Shown here one piece after another: positions 25,859-34,067 of a DNA stretch of 63,408 nt; position 1 is the first letter of the stretch, and every line of letters starts with the position of its first letter. The notes under the pieces are model-generated. The model saw only the letters and a program-made list of their open reading frames with translations. It was not told the DNA's origin and made no database searches. Origin of the DNA: Chthoniobacter sp. Lineage in GTDB: Bacteria > Verrucomicrobiota > Verrucomicrobiia > Chthoniobacterales > Chthoniobacteraceae. A program made the translations under genes and the position numbers. The DNA is taken from contig JAXDQV010000146.1 of NCBI GenBank assembly GCA_034667645.1, positions 1-63,408 on the forward strand, given 5' to 3'.

Positions 25859-26188
25859 TCACTCCATTAGAATCTGAACCAAATCCTGATTCCTGGTATC
25901 GGTGGCGATGGCCAGCATCCGACCCGGACGATAGAATAGCGCGAAACCCTTGTCAGGAAACTTCACGCCGTGGGCGATCAGGATGTTCTTCCAATCGGTC
26001 ATCCCTTCGGCCTTCAGTCCCATCATTCCTTTCGGCAGGGGGCCATATAAAACGATCACGCATCCCGGCGGGCACTGGGGGAGCGGGAATGGCCTGCGGT
26101 AGTCTGGATCAGAAGACCATGCTCCTTGTGCGGCATAGCCATAAACCAGAATGCAGCCTGCAAGAATGAGGTAACGCATCCTTGTCAT
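25859..26188 (-). CDS. small secreted protein, unknown function
   Basis: MTRMRYLILAGCILVYGYAAQGAW leader. Unrelated in sequence to neighbouring ORFs. Confidence 0.5.
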   Translation of the reverse strand: MTRMRYLILAGCILVYGYAAQGAWSSDPDYRRPFPLPQCPPGCVIVLYGPLPKGMMGLKAEGMTDWKNILIAHGVKFPDKGFALFYRPGRMLAIATDTRNQDLVQILME

Positions 26189-26210
26189 AGCCTTCCCCTC
26201 CTCACTTCCA

Positions 26211-26282
26211 GCTCTTCCAGTGTGAAGCGTTCTGCTGGTTCTCGGCACTCTGTCCCTGTTCATGGCAGCTCATCTTCAGAAA
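26211..26282 (-). repeat. intergenic module copy C (both halves)
   Basis: Minus strand reads TTTCTGAAGATGAGCTGCCATGAACAGGGACAGAGTGCCGAGAACCAGCAGAACGCTTCACACTGGAAGAGC. Confidence 0.8.
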
Positions 26283-26307
26283 TCTGTTAGCTGCTAATGT
26301 TTAAAAC

Positions 26308-26883
26308 TCATTCCATTTGTCTTTTCAGAAGGTTCACTTCCCGCCAGTTTAATGGACGCTTCCATAGTGGGGCTTTCAGTAATTTTTGAAACGCGGTTTC
26401 GATATCCACGCGACTGACGAGGTGATAATGCCGGGATGCCCAATCGGTATTGGATAAGCAATAGTGCAAATAAGGGGGGGCTTCTTCAGCGTGTCCGAAC
26501 AGAGCGTAGTCGGACACGATTAGAAATGGAATGTCGTCGATTATCACGATTGGCTCAAGGGGCCAGTCTTTCTCCGAAGTGCCACCGTAAAATCCCGCAC
26601 CGCCAAGCATCGGTGCGCGAAACGCCATGTTCTTTCTCGACTCAAAAAGCATCCTGCAGAGAAGAATTACTTGTTCGTCATATTTTTTGGAGCTCGCCCA
26701 CCGTTGGAGCCGAATGATCGCTTCATCCTTCCCTAGAGATTGTAACTCCACGGCCAGGGCAACGAAAGGGGTGGGCTTATACGAACCTATATCGCCACAC
26801 TCCTCTATGTTGGTAGCCCAAGCTATCGTGTCGAAAAGCGCGGCTAACATAATCAAAACGAAAAGCGGTGGTCGTCCTCTCAT
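26308..26883 (-). CDS. hypothetical exported protein
   Basis: MRGRPPLFVLIMLAALFDTIAWA leader from the ATG at 26881..26883, which directly follows module copy D. Confidence 0.5.
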   Translation of the reverse strand: MRGRPPLFVLIMLAALFDTIAWATNIEECGDIGSYKPTPFVALAVELQSLGKDEAIIRLQRWASSKKYDEQVILLCRMLFESRKNMAFRAPMLGGAGFYGGTSEKDWPLEPIVIIDDIPFLIVSDYALFGHAEEAPPYLHYCLSNTDWASRHYHLVSRVDIETAFQKLLKAPLWKRPLNWREVNLLKRQME

Positions 26884-26886
26884 TCT

Positions 26887-26961
26887 GAAACTGTTCCAGT
26901 TTGGAAACGTTCTGTTTGTTCTGGCACTCCGTTCCTGTTCAGGGCGGATCATCTTAAGAAA
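26887..26961 (-). repeat. intergenic module copy D (both halves)
   Basis: Minus strand reads TTTCTTAAGATGATCCGCCCTGAACAGGAACGGAGTGCCAGAACAAACAGAACGTTTCCAAACTGGAACAG. Confidence 0.8.
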
Positions 26962-26987
26962 GCTGCGGTTGTAATATGCTAGATAAG

Positions 26988-27341
26988 TCACCGCGACAGC
27001 GTCTTGTGCTCAGGTGGGATAGTGGCTGGATCGAATCCGAACATGAGCAATGGCTCGCTTGGCGAAGCATTATCGTTGAGCCCTTGTCGGTAAAGAACGA
27101 ATGAATCAAAGCGGGGTTCCGTTGCTGACACGCCTTGAGACGCAAGAGCCTTAATGTCAACGCGAGATTCTGAGGTGTTCGGGGCGAAATATCGCGAAAA
27201 GTCACGATCAGTAACCCAAAGCGCTTCGCTCAAAGTCATTAGCCTGGGTCTGTGAAAGTGCTGCCACAAAATGACCACTCCGAAAATGAAGGCAACCAGA
27301 CACAACGCGAAGGCAAAAAGCCTGAACCAGCGGAGTATCAT
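26988..27341 (-). CDS. hypothetical N-terminally anchored protein
   Basis: MILRWFRLFAFALCLVAFIFGVVILW anchor. No recognised domain. Confidence 0.5.
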   Translation of the reverse strand: MILRWFRLFAFALCLVAFIFGVVILWQHFHRPRLMTLSEALWVTDRDFSRYFAPNTSESRVDIKALASQGVSATEPRFDSFVLYRQGLNDNASPSEPLLMFGFDPATIPPEHKTLSR

Positions 27342-27371
27342 TTTTCATATCTCGCCACTTCCGTCTCAAGT

Positions 27372-27394
27372 CCATGGCGGCTCATCTTCAGAAA
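27372..27394 (-). repeat. intergenic module copy E (first half, truncated)
   Basis: Minus strand reads TTTCTGAAGATGAGCCGCCATGG. Confidence 0.7.
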
Positions 27395-27468
27395 CCTATG
27401 GAAAGCCGGAGACCTTTGGCGCGCGCGCAAGTGGCAGCGGTTGCACACGTCGGGCATTCCTACATAGG

Positions 27469-27963
27469 TTAAGTCTCGTCACGGACAATTTGAAGAACTA
27501 ATCCTGACTTAAGGTCTTTGACCTTTTCCATTACTCTTATTTCTCCGTTTTTTGTCGGATAGTCTCCGCAGAGAATGTGACTGCCGACTCCAGCATCCTG
27601 GGACAAAGCATGCTTGATCGGACATGCCACGGCCTGAAGGGCGTTGTTTGGCAGCGACGTAAAGAGACTTCCGCATCTCATCGAAATCGCTATGCCCCGA
27701 TCCGTATCATGCATGAGGATGATAAGATCGCCTTTGCGTTGAAATCCTACACGACCGAGGTATTGCTGCGTAATCCGCCCATCCTTGACGAGATCAACCC
27801 ATGCAGTGAATTTATCGGGTAAATTCTTCGCAGGTATGCGCCAAGCATAAACGCCTAGATGTTGCGCCAACTCAGAAGCCGAAATATCGGGACCAGAAGC
27901 CTTGGTTGGTAGGCAGAATAGGAGGGCAGCGCACAGGAACGTGAGCGTTGTTTTTGTAGTCAT
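27469..27963 (-). CDS. secreted hypothetical protein
   Basis: MTTKTTLTFLCAALLFCLPTKASG leader. AT-richer than the core genome. Confidence 0.55.
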   Translation of the reverse strand: MTTKTTLTFLCAALLFCLPTKASGPDISASELAQHLGVYAWRIPAKNLPDKFTAWVDLVKDGRITQQYLGRVGFQRKGDLIILMHDTDRGIAISMRCGSLFTSLPNNALQAVACPIKHALSQDAGVGSHILCGDYPTKNGEIRVMEKVKDLKSGLVLQIVRDET

Positions 27964-28027
27964 TGTGGATGAGGCCTTATAGGAAGTTAGTTAACAAGGT
28001 TCACCCGCGTCAAACTCCGGTTTCCCC

Positions 28028-28058
28028 CTCGTGCCCAAAGTGAGGCTTTGGGCACGAG
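28028..28058 (-). terminator. strong hairpin downstream of the 28079.. gene (no U-tract)
   Basis: Perfect 13-bp stem CTCGTGCCCAAAG/CTTTGGGCACGAG with a 5-nt loop, 20 nt after the TAG at 28079..28081. Confidence 0.35.
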
Positions 28059-28078
28059 AGTCAAAGGCTTAGCCGCTC

Positions 28079-28812
28079 CTATCCCCTTACGGTCAAGTTG
28101 AGCGGCTGGGAGATTTGGCCGAAGGGTTTGTTTTGGTAGCGGTATTGGACCTCGAAGATCCAGACCTCGGCGGTGCCGGCGGCGGGGAGCGGTTCCTCGA
28201 CCACGTAGCGGCGGGTGGTGGAGAAGCCGAGCTGCTTTTTCGGCTGGCCGGGGCGGGTGATCCAGACGGTGTAGCCTTGGAACTGGCCCTTGGTGCAGGT
28301 CAGCTCGGGATGGCCGCTGGAGTAAAGGTCGCCGGTGACTACGGGGTGGTGGTGATCGGGTCGGGCGCCGGGATTTCCGCGCCCTCGATGCCGAGGAGTT
28401 TCCCGTCGCTCTCGTCGTAATTGTCGGCGTTTTTGATTCCCGCCACGGTGCTGCTGAAGAAGGTGAAGAAGCCGGGCTCGAGCTGGGCGGCGACGGCGGG
28501 CGGGCCGGCGGAGACCTGCGGCGCGGCAGGCAGCGTGGGCAGGCCGGGCAGCGGCTGCGGGGCGCCGGGCGCGCCGGTGAGCATGGAGTCGCGGGTGCCG
28601 GTGAGGCTTTGGCTCCAATTCCGGGCGACCACGAGGGCGTCGAGGAACCATTGCCAGACGAGCCGCGCCTGATGGATGCGGGCGAGGTCGGCGGCATCGA
28701 GGCTGTATTTGGTGGCGAGCGCGCCGGCGTTGGCGTTGATATTGGTGTCAAAGGCGACGAGCATCGTGGCGATCCCGTCGGCGGTGAGGGGCATGTAGGA
28801 TTGTTTGGGCAT
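28079..28812 (-). pseudogene. hypothetical helical plus beta-sandwich protein, split by a frameshift near 28340..28346
   Basis: The 28339..28812 frame ends ...PDPITTTP*. The 28079.. frame continues VVTGDLYSSGHPELTCTKGQ...EVQYRYQNKPFGQISQPLNLTVRG. The junction lies at a G4/C4 run. Confidence 0.5.
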
Positions 28813-28907
28813 GGGTGGGTTTGCTGGGTGTTTTTTTGGGTTTTACAGAGAGAGTCGGGGCAAAAACGGGCTGTTTGGGGCCTAAGCCATGGGGAACGGG
28901 CGCTCCC

Positions 28908-29033
28908 CTGCGGCGGGTGAGCACTGAGGAGCCGCTGGTGAGGGCTCAGGAGCGGCGGGTGAGGGCTCGGCCACGGCGGATGAGCACGCGGGAGCGGCGG
29001 GTGAGGCTGGAGCCGTGGCGGTGGAGGGAAAAC
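28908..29033. repeat. 21-bp tandem repeat, five to six copies
   Basis: GAGCGGCGGGTGAGGGCTC[A/G]G-type units begin at 28908, 28929, 28950, 28971 and 28992, with a degenerate unit at 29013. Confidence 0.75.
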
Positions 29034-29256
29034 CTGCCGCGGAAAAGTGCTCATCTCCCGTAATTGAGCGCTCACCGGCGACGGCAGAGCGCGGACCCGC
29101 GGCCGCTTCCCCACCGCCCGTGGAGCGCGCGGGAAAAGAAGAAACGCCGGAGGGAAAATCCGGCGTGGCCAAAAACGCAGGAAAAGCTAGCGGCCTATCG
29201 AGGCCGTGGAAGGCTCGCCCGCCCGCCAACCGCCACGAGCCCCAACCTCCGCCTCG

Positions 29257-29296
29257 GCCTTGGAGCCTTGGAGCCTTGGAGCCTTGGAGCCTTGGA
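29257..29296. repeat. 8-bp tandem repeat (GCCTTGGA) x5
   Basis: Five perfect head-to-tail copies in the 700-bp ORF-free region upstream of the 28079..28812 gene. Confidence 0.9.
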
Positions 29297-29456
29297 CATG
29301 TTGCGGGGGTTAAACGGTTTGCACCGAACCGTCAATCCTCTTTCGCGGGTGTGGCGGCTTTCCGCGGCACCCTCGATCCCGGCGGGCGTGCGCTGTGTTC
29401 AAAAAAGTCCGTGCCAGCCCCCCACCCTCACCGCATGTAGCCACAACGAAAGAACA

Positions 29457-29505
29457 ACCCAACTAAGCTCCAAGTTCTACTTGCAATCTTCCATAGGGGT
29501 TAGGC
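29457..29505 (-). repeat. attC-like box pair downstream of the 29513.. ORF
   Basis: Minus strand reads GCCTAAC (fits RYYYAAC) 7 nt after the stop ... CAAGT-AGA-ACTTG hairpin ... GTTGGGT (fits GTTRRRY). Only 49 nt long. Confidence 0.3.
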
Positions 29506-29512
29506 GTTGCGG

Positions 29513-30109
29513 TCATTTGGGTTCAGGTTGCTCCTTCTTGCTACCTCTGTTGGCTTTGATTACCGCGTTGAGTCGTTCCAGATAGTAATCGCGGCAGGCT
29601 TGGTCATACGTGGGAACGTCTTCGCGCTTGCATTCCTTGATGTCAACGATGTAGGCGTTGAACTGGCAATAGAATAAACCCACTCCATACTGCCGTGACA
29701 ATGCGTCGGCTAATTCGGGGCCATCCTTCGTGCGCTCATTCCATTCGCCTGGAATATAGATGATATTCGGAAAGGGAATGCGGCCACCAAGCCGGTCGTC
29801 CGCGACTTCGGCATTGAGGGGGAAGGTCGCGTAGAACTCGGTCAGGATAGCCTTGAGTTCTGGGAAGCTGAAGTCGCGATCAATGCCCAACAGGCGATAG
29901 CTGGGTGCAACGGTGGGACTGCGGCGAAGCGCGTTGTCGCCACGCACAACTATGCTGTAAGTGGATTCTCGTCGGAGGTAACGGTCTGGCTCGGTCTTCT
30001 CGGCAGGCGGTCGCACCACCGAAAATTCAATGGCGCGTGGATCAATTTCGTTGTTGGCGCGTAGCGTTACGATGCCGAGGAGAAGGACGGTGAATGTTCG
30101 AAAGGTCAT
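29513..30109 (-). CDS. secreted hypothetical protein
   Basis: MTFRTFTVLLLGIVTLRA leader. AT-richer. No recognised domain. Confidence 0.55.
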   Translation of the reverse strand: MTFRTFTVLLLGIVTLRANNEIDPRAIEFSVVRPPAEKTEPDRYLRRESTYSIVVRGDNALRRSPTVAPSYRLLGIDRDFSFPELKAILTEFYATFPLNAEVADDRLGGRIPFPNIIYIPGEWNERTKDGPELADALSRQYGVGLFYCQFNAYIVDIKECKREDVPTYDQACRDYYLERLNAVIKANRGSKKEQPEPK

Positions 30110-30138
30110 GGTGGTGCTTCCGAGGTCGCGCGTAGCAT

Positions 30139-30215
30139 CGCCTAACTCTGAATTAGGCGAAAAGAGGTTGCCCTCGCGGCAGGTGATTTTGTTCGCCTAA
30201 TTCAGTTTGAGGTTG
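30139..30215 (-). repeat. compound palindrome with GCCTAAC/GTTAGGC boxes (attC-like architecture)
   Basis: Perfect 14-bp inverted repeats CTGAATTAGGCGAA (30148..30161) and TTCGCCTAATTCAG (30192..30205) with a 30-nt spacer. Outer CGCCTAAC (30139..30146) pairs imperfectly with TTTGAGG at about 30206..30212. Confidence 0.45.
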
Positions 30216-30468
30216 CATCGATACACGGCGTTGTTCGCATAAGACAGGATCGTCTCCAAGGCTCAACTACTCGAGCAAAGCGGAGGTGGCGCTTTTTTAA
30301 CTCATCTTTCTCGGCACGCCCTCCGGCTTTTTGGATTGCGCGGTTGCAATCAAGGTTCGGCTACAGGAAAGAAGCCGGAAAGGGCGCTCGGGCGAACCGC
30401 CGGAGCGGCGCGTTGCAAAATCGATCTTTCGGGATGGCAAAATTGTTTTCGCGCAGTAGCATCGCACC

Positions 30469-30921
30469 ATGCTGGAGCAATTAATCACCATCGCTACTTT
30501 CAACAGCGACATCCCCGCAGAAGAGCTGAAGGACCGGTTTCTCGACGCCGGATTGCGCGCCGAGGTGCTGGACGAATCCGGGACGCAGGCGCTGTTTTTT
30601 TCCACGAGAGAGCCGCGGGCGCACATGCGCGTGCGCGTGCCGAAGGCGGACAACGATCGCGCGAAGGCGCTGATGGCGGAATGGAGCGAGAAGGAAAGCT
30701 TCATGCGCGAAGCGGTGCGCTGCCCGCAGTGCGGCTCATCGCAAATCGAGTATCCGCAGTTCTCGCGGCGGACCGGGATGGCGTGGTTTTTCGGCGTGCT
30801 GGCGGCGATCGGCGTCATCCCGCGCCTCTATTTTTGCGAAGACTGCAAATTCGAATGGCCGGACAAGGAACCGGCCAAACTCGATCTCGATCCGCTGAAC
30901 TGGCCGAAAGGGCAGAAGTAG
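30469..30921 (+). CDS. small protein with an N-terminal DUF2007-like domain and a C-terminal zinc ribbon/TM
   Basis: CPQCGS...CEDCKF Cys pairs flank a hydrophobic segment WFFGVLAAIGVI. Confidence 0.5.
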   Translation: MLEQLITIATFNSDIPAEELKDRFLDAGLRAEVLDESGTQALFFSTREPRAHMRVRVPKADNDRAKALMAEWSEKESFMREAVRCPQCGSSQIEYPQFSRRTGMAWFFGVLAAIGVIPRLYFCEDCKFEWPDKEPAKLDLDPLNWPKGQK

Positions 30922-30928
30922 CGGCTGT

Positions 30929-31753
30929 CTAACCGAGCGTGGCCAGCACGATCTCCGGCTGGCAGCGAAAGCGCACCGGCGGTGTGATGGTCCCAACCCC
31001 GCGGGTGACGAACACCCGGGCGACCGGTCCCTGCACCAGCCCGTGCGTGTATTTTTGTCCATAGAGGGAGGGGACAATGGGCGCGCCGATGATCGGAAAA
31101 CTCACCTGGCCTCCGTGGGTATGGCCGCTGAGGACCAGACCGACGCGCGGATCGCGAATTCGCTCCACATAATCAGGATTGTGCGAGAGCAGAATCACCG
31201 CGTCGCGCGTCGTTGCCTCGCCGAGCGCCGCCGGGAGGTGCTGCACGTCCCGCCAAAAGTCGCCCACTCCGCAAAGGCGCAAGCGGGCACCGCCGCGCTC
31301 AATCCAGACGCCGGAGTTCGTCAACTCCGTGATGCCGGCCGCCTGGAGCGCGGCTTTTGAGCGAAGGGTGCCGTTCGAGTAATGGTCATGGTTCCCGAGC
31401 ACCGCGAACGTGCCGAGCTTCGACTCGAAATGGGCGAGTTCGGCGATTCCGGGCACGATGTATTCCGTTCCGTGATGCACGTAATCCCCGCCGAGCGCGA
31501 CGAGGTCCGGCTGCAACTCGTTCGTCATTTTGACCACTTCGCGCACATAGCTGAGCGGGACGAAGGGGCCGTGATGGATATCGGCCAGAAAAGCGATGCT
31601 CATTCCGCGGAGACTTGCATCGAGATTCGGCACCGGCAGTTGCACCCGCAGGACGTGGATCCATTTCGCCTCAATGACGCCGTAGCCGAACCCGCCCACG
31701 GCACAACCCAGGACGGCGCGCGCAGAAAGCTTCAAGAAGTGGCGCCGGTTCAT
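30929..31753 (-). CDS. metallophosphoesterase (calcineurin-like, Tat-type leader)
   Basis: MNRRHFLKLSARA leader. DIHHG, GDYVHHG, GNHD, SHNPD, GHTHGGQ motifs. Confidence 0.85.
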   Translation of the reverse strand: MNRRHFLKLSARAVLGCAVGGFGYGVIEAKWIHVLRVQLPVPNLDASLRGMSIAFLADIHHGPFVPLSYVREVVKMTNELQPDLVALGGDYVHHGTEYIVPGIAELAHFESKLGTFAVLGNHDHYSNGTLRSKAALQAAGITELTNSGVWIERGGARLRLCGVGDFWRDVQHLPAALGEATTRDAVILLSHNPDYVERIRDPRVGLVLSGHTHGGQVSFPIIGAPIVPSLYGQKYTHGLVQGPVARVFVTRGVGTITPPVRFRCQPEIVLATLG

Positions 31754-33261
31754 CGAGGAGGCTGACTGAGCAATTCCTGTGCGTAATGCGCATGGCGCGC
31801 CTGCCATGAGCGCCAGTTGCGCGAAACGGCTGCGTGCGCTTCTTTTGATCGGATGGAATCCAACTTTTCTCCCGCAACATGCGCCACAAGGCCGTCGGTT
31901 TCGGCGATCTGCTTGAGCGCCGGCCAGGCGGAAGGCCCGAGATTCACCAGATATTGCACATCAAGGGTGCGCGATCGGTCGGCGTTCCATTGTGCGACGT
32001 TGTAGCGGGCAACCCAATTCGCCACGTCGGCAAATTGCACGCAGTAGAATAAGGCGAACGTCGCGAGAGCGTTCGTGAAAATGAGCCAGTTCAGAGTCCG
32101 CCGCCGCTGCACGTGGATCGCGAGGAGCACGAACCCCGTGGTGACGAGCAACAGAAAGAGCGCCACGTAAACGCGCAGCGTGCTGAGTTGATACGCCTCC
32201 ACGTAGAGCTTCAGCCGCAGCAGCACACTGCTCACCAGCACCACGTTTTGCCCGATCCAAACGAGCGCGAGCACGCGCAGGCTGCGCTCACGCGCGATCG
32301 CGTCGGCTTGCTGGAAAATCGCGACGAGCACCACGGCCGAGAGCAACACGGCGACGACGAGAAGGAACACGCCGCCATGCACGAACTCGCTGTAGGTGAC
32401 ACCGGCGGGAATCGCGCTGTGAATCCACAAATAAATCGCGTCGATGGTATTCACCGCGAGGAACAGGGCATTGAGGAGCGCCAGCGCGAGACGCGATTGC
32501 CACAAGCGGATCGCCCGCTCCCGCGGCGCCGGGAGCGATGGCACGTCGCGCGTCCACCAGCGAGCGTGGTCGGGCACACGTCCCGGTTCCACGAAGGGCA
32601 GAGCGCCGGCCGCGATGACGATCCAGAAAAACACGCGTCCAAACGTGATGTCGAAATGGGTGAGCCATTTGAAGAACGCATCGAAGGAGTCGAAGGCCCA
32701 TCTGCCGAAAATGGCGTTGCCGCGACCGAGGAGCATTCCGAAAACGACGGTCAGCGCGAGCGCGGGGAGACAGATCCGCGCCAGCCGCGCCGTCCGCTCC
32801 AGCGTCAAGCTTGCGACGCCGCGCGCCTCATCTTTGCTTCGCGAAACCGTCGCGAGGATGCGCAGCCAGCGTGCGGGAGTTTTGGCGAAAGACCAAAGTG
32901 CTTCGGACCACCGCGGCCAGCCCGTCGGCAGCATCGCGTAAAATGATTCGCCGGTGAGGGCGACCAGCAGCGCGATCGTGACGAGGACATTGGAGAACGA
33001 GATCTCGATCGCGGATTGTGCTGCTGCGCCGACTAACAAAACCGTGACCGCAATGGCTGCGGGTATTCTCACTCCGGCGCGTTTATTTCCCCAGACCGCC
33101 CCTCCCAGGATCACCACGAAGATCGAGAGCGAAATCCCTGGCAGCTCATACCAAAAGAGGAAGTCCGCCACCGCGGTGATCAGGAGAACGAGCGCCGCAA
33201 TAACGGACAGTCGGCGGCGCGAAACGATGGGTGGGGGAAGCGGAATTTCGGGTGGGTTCAT
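31750..33261 (-). CDS. large polytopic membrane protein (DUF4153/DUF4173-like)
   Basis: More than 10 hydrophobic helices. Start overlaps nothing; stop overlaps the phosphoesterase start (ATGA). Confidence 0.5.
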   Translation of the reverse strand: MNPPEIPLPPPIVSRRRLSVIAALVLLITAVADFLFWYELPGISLSIFVVILGGAVWGNKRAGVRIPAAIAVTVLLVGAAAQSAIEISFSNVLVTIALLVALTGESFYAMLPTGWPRWSEALWSFAKTPARWLRILATVSRSKDEARGVASLTLERTARLARICLPALALTVVFGMLLGRGNAIFGRWAFDSFDAFFKWLTHFDITFGRVFFWIVIAAGALPFVEPGRVPDHARWWTRDVPSLPAPRERAIRLWQSRLALALLNALFLAVNTIDAIYLWIHSAIPAGVTYSEFVHGGVFLLVVAVLLSAVVLVAIFQQADAIARERSLRVLALVWIGQNVVLVSSVLLRLKLYVEAYQLSTLRVYVALFLLLVTTGFVLLAIHVQRRRTLNWLIFTNALATFALFYCVQFADVANWVARYNVAQWNADRSRTLDVQYLVNLGPSAWPALKQIAETDGLVAHVAGEKLDSIRSKEAHAAVSRNWRSWQARHAHYAQELLSQPPR

Positions 33262-33292
33262 TGTGCTGTTTTCGTCGTGTGGTTTGGAGGTG

Positions 33293-34063
33293 CTACAGCG
33301 CTCCCGCCTCTTCCGCGCACTCGCGATGCGGCGCTGGAATCCCTATGGGTTGATCGGCCGAACAGAGCTTGCGGAGAAAGGCGATGCACTCCTTCCGCGC
33401 CTCGCGCAGGAACTCGTGGCGCGTAGCTCCCAGAGCGAGGAGACACTCCGCGTGATCGAGCCACGCGGCGCGTGCCGCCCCGAGAAACAGCGCCTGAAAC
33501 TGCCAGCACCACAAGGCTCGTTCGCAGGGCAGAAGCTCGCGATGCAGCATGGCCAGCCGGTCGCAGTGGAATTCGATGTGCTTCGCCTCGTCCCGCAGCA
33601 CGAGCGCGCAGGCCTGGTCGAGCGCCGGGTCACGTCCGCGCAAATGCAGCAGTCGATAATATGCAGTGCCGACGAGCTCCGCGATCACGAGCACCTGAAT
33701 TTCAAAATCGAGTCCAAAGGCTCGTCGCAGCAAACGGAAAACCGAGTGAGTCCAATGCCGGTGCGTCAGGTTTCCGTCGAAGCGCTTCACCAGTTCTCGC
33801 AGCAGCCGCCCGTGTTCCTGCTCTTCCTGGATAAACAACGCGAGCGCCTCAAAATACGCCGGATCATTCGCCGCTTCCGCGTATTGGCGCGCCTGCTTCA
33901 GGAGAAATCGGCCTTCGCCACTTTCGCCCAGTTCAAAATGCGAAAGGGATCGCGCAAGTTTTTTGCGCATCGGAACTTCGTCAGGGCAGGGCAAATGCCA
34001 CTGCGGTTCCACGCGATTCAGCCGGTTGTTTTGAAAATAGGCGAGCCAGCGTTGTGAGTTCAT
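33293..34063 (-). CDS. ferritin-like di-iron protein
   Basis: Two ExxH motifs in helices (IQEEQEHGRLL and VLRDEAKHIEF). Confidence 0.55.
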   Translation of the reverse strand: MNSQRWLAYFQNNRLNRVEPQWHLPCPDEVPMRKKLARSLSHFELGESGEGRFLLKQARQYAEAANDPAYFEALALFIQEEQEHGRLLRELVKRFDGNLTHRHWTHSVFRLLRRAFGLDFEIQVLVIAELVGTAYYRLLHLRGRDPALDQACALVLRDEAKHIEFHCDRLAMLHRELLPCERALWCWQFQALFLGAARAAWLDHAECLLALGATRHEFLREARKECIAFLRKLCSADQPIGIPAPHRECAEEAGAL

Positions 34064-34067
34064 TGTT

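Noticed and set aside
25427-27394. Conserved intergenic modules considered as canonical integron attC sites
   Set aside because: The module has no inverted-repeat symmetry and no RYYYAAC/GTTRRRY termini. It is kept as a finding only as a non-canonical junction element.
28908-29033. 21-bp tandem repeats considered as a CRISPR array
   Set aside because: The units are contiguous with no spacers, are too short, and have no cas genes nearby.
27987-29114. 375-aa Pro/Ser/Arg-rich ORF with HPPLxSx heptad repeats
   Set aside because: It overlaps the 28079..28812 gene in another frame. Its heptads are simply the translation of the 21-bp DNA tandem repeat. The composition is not protein-like.
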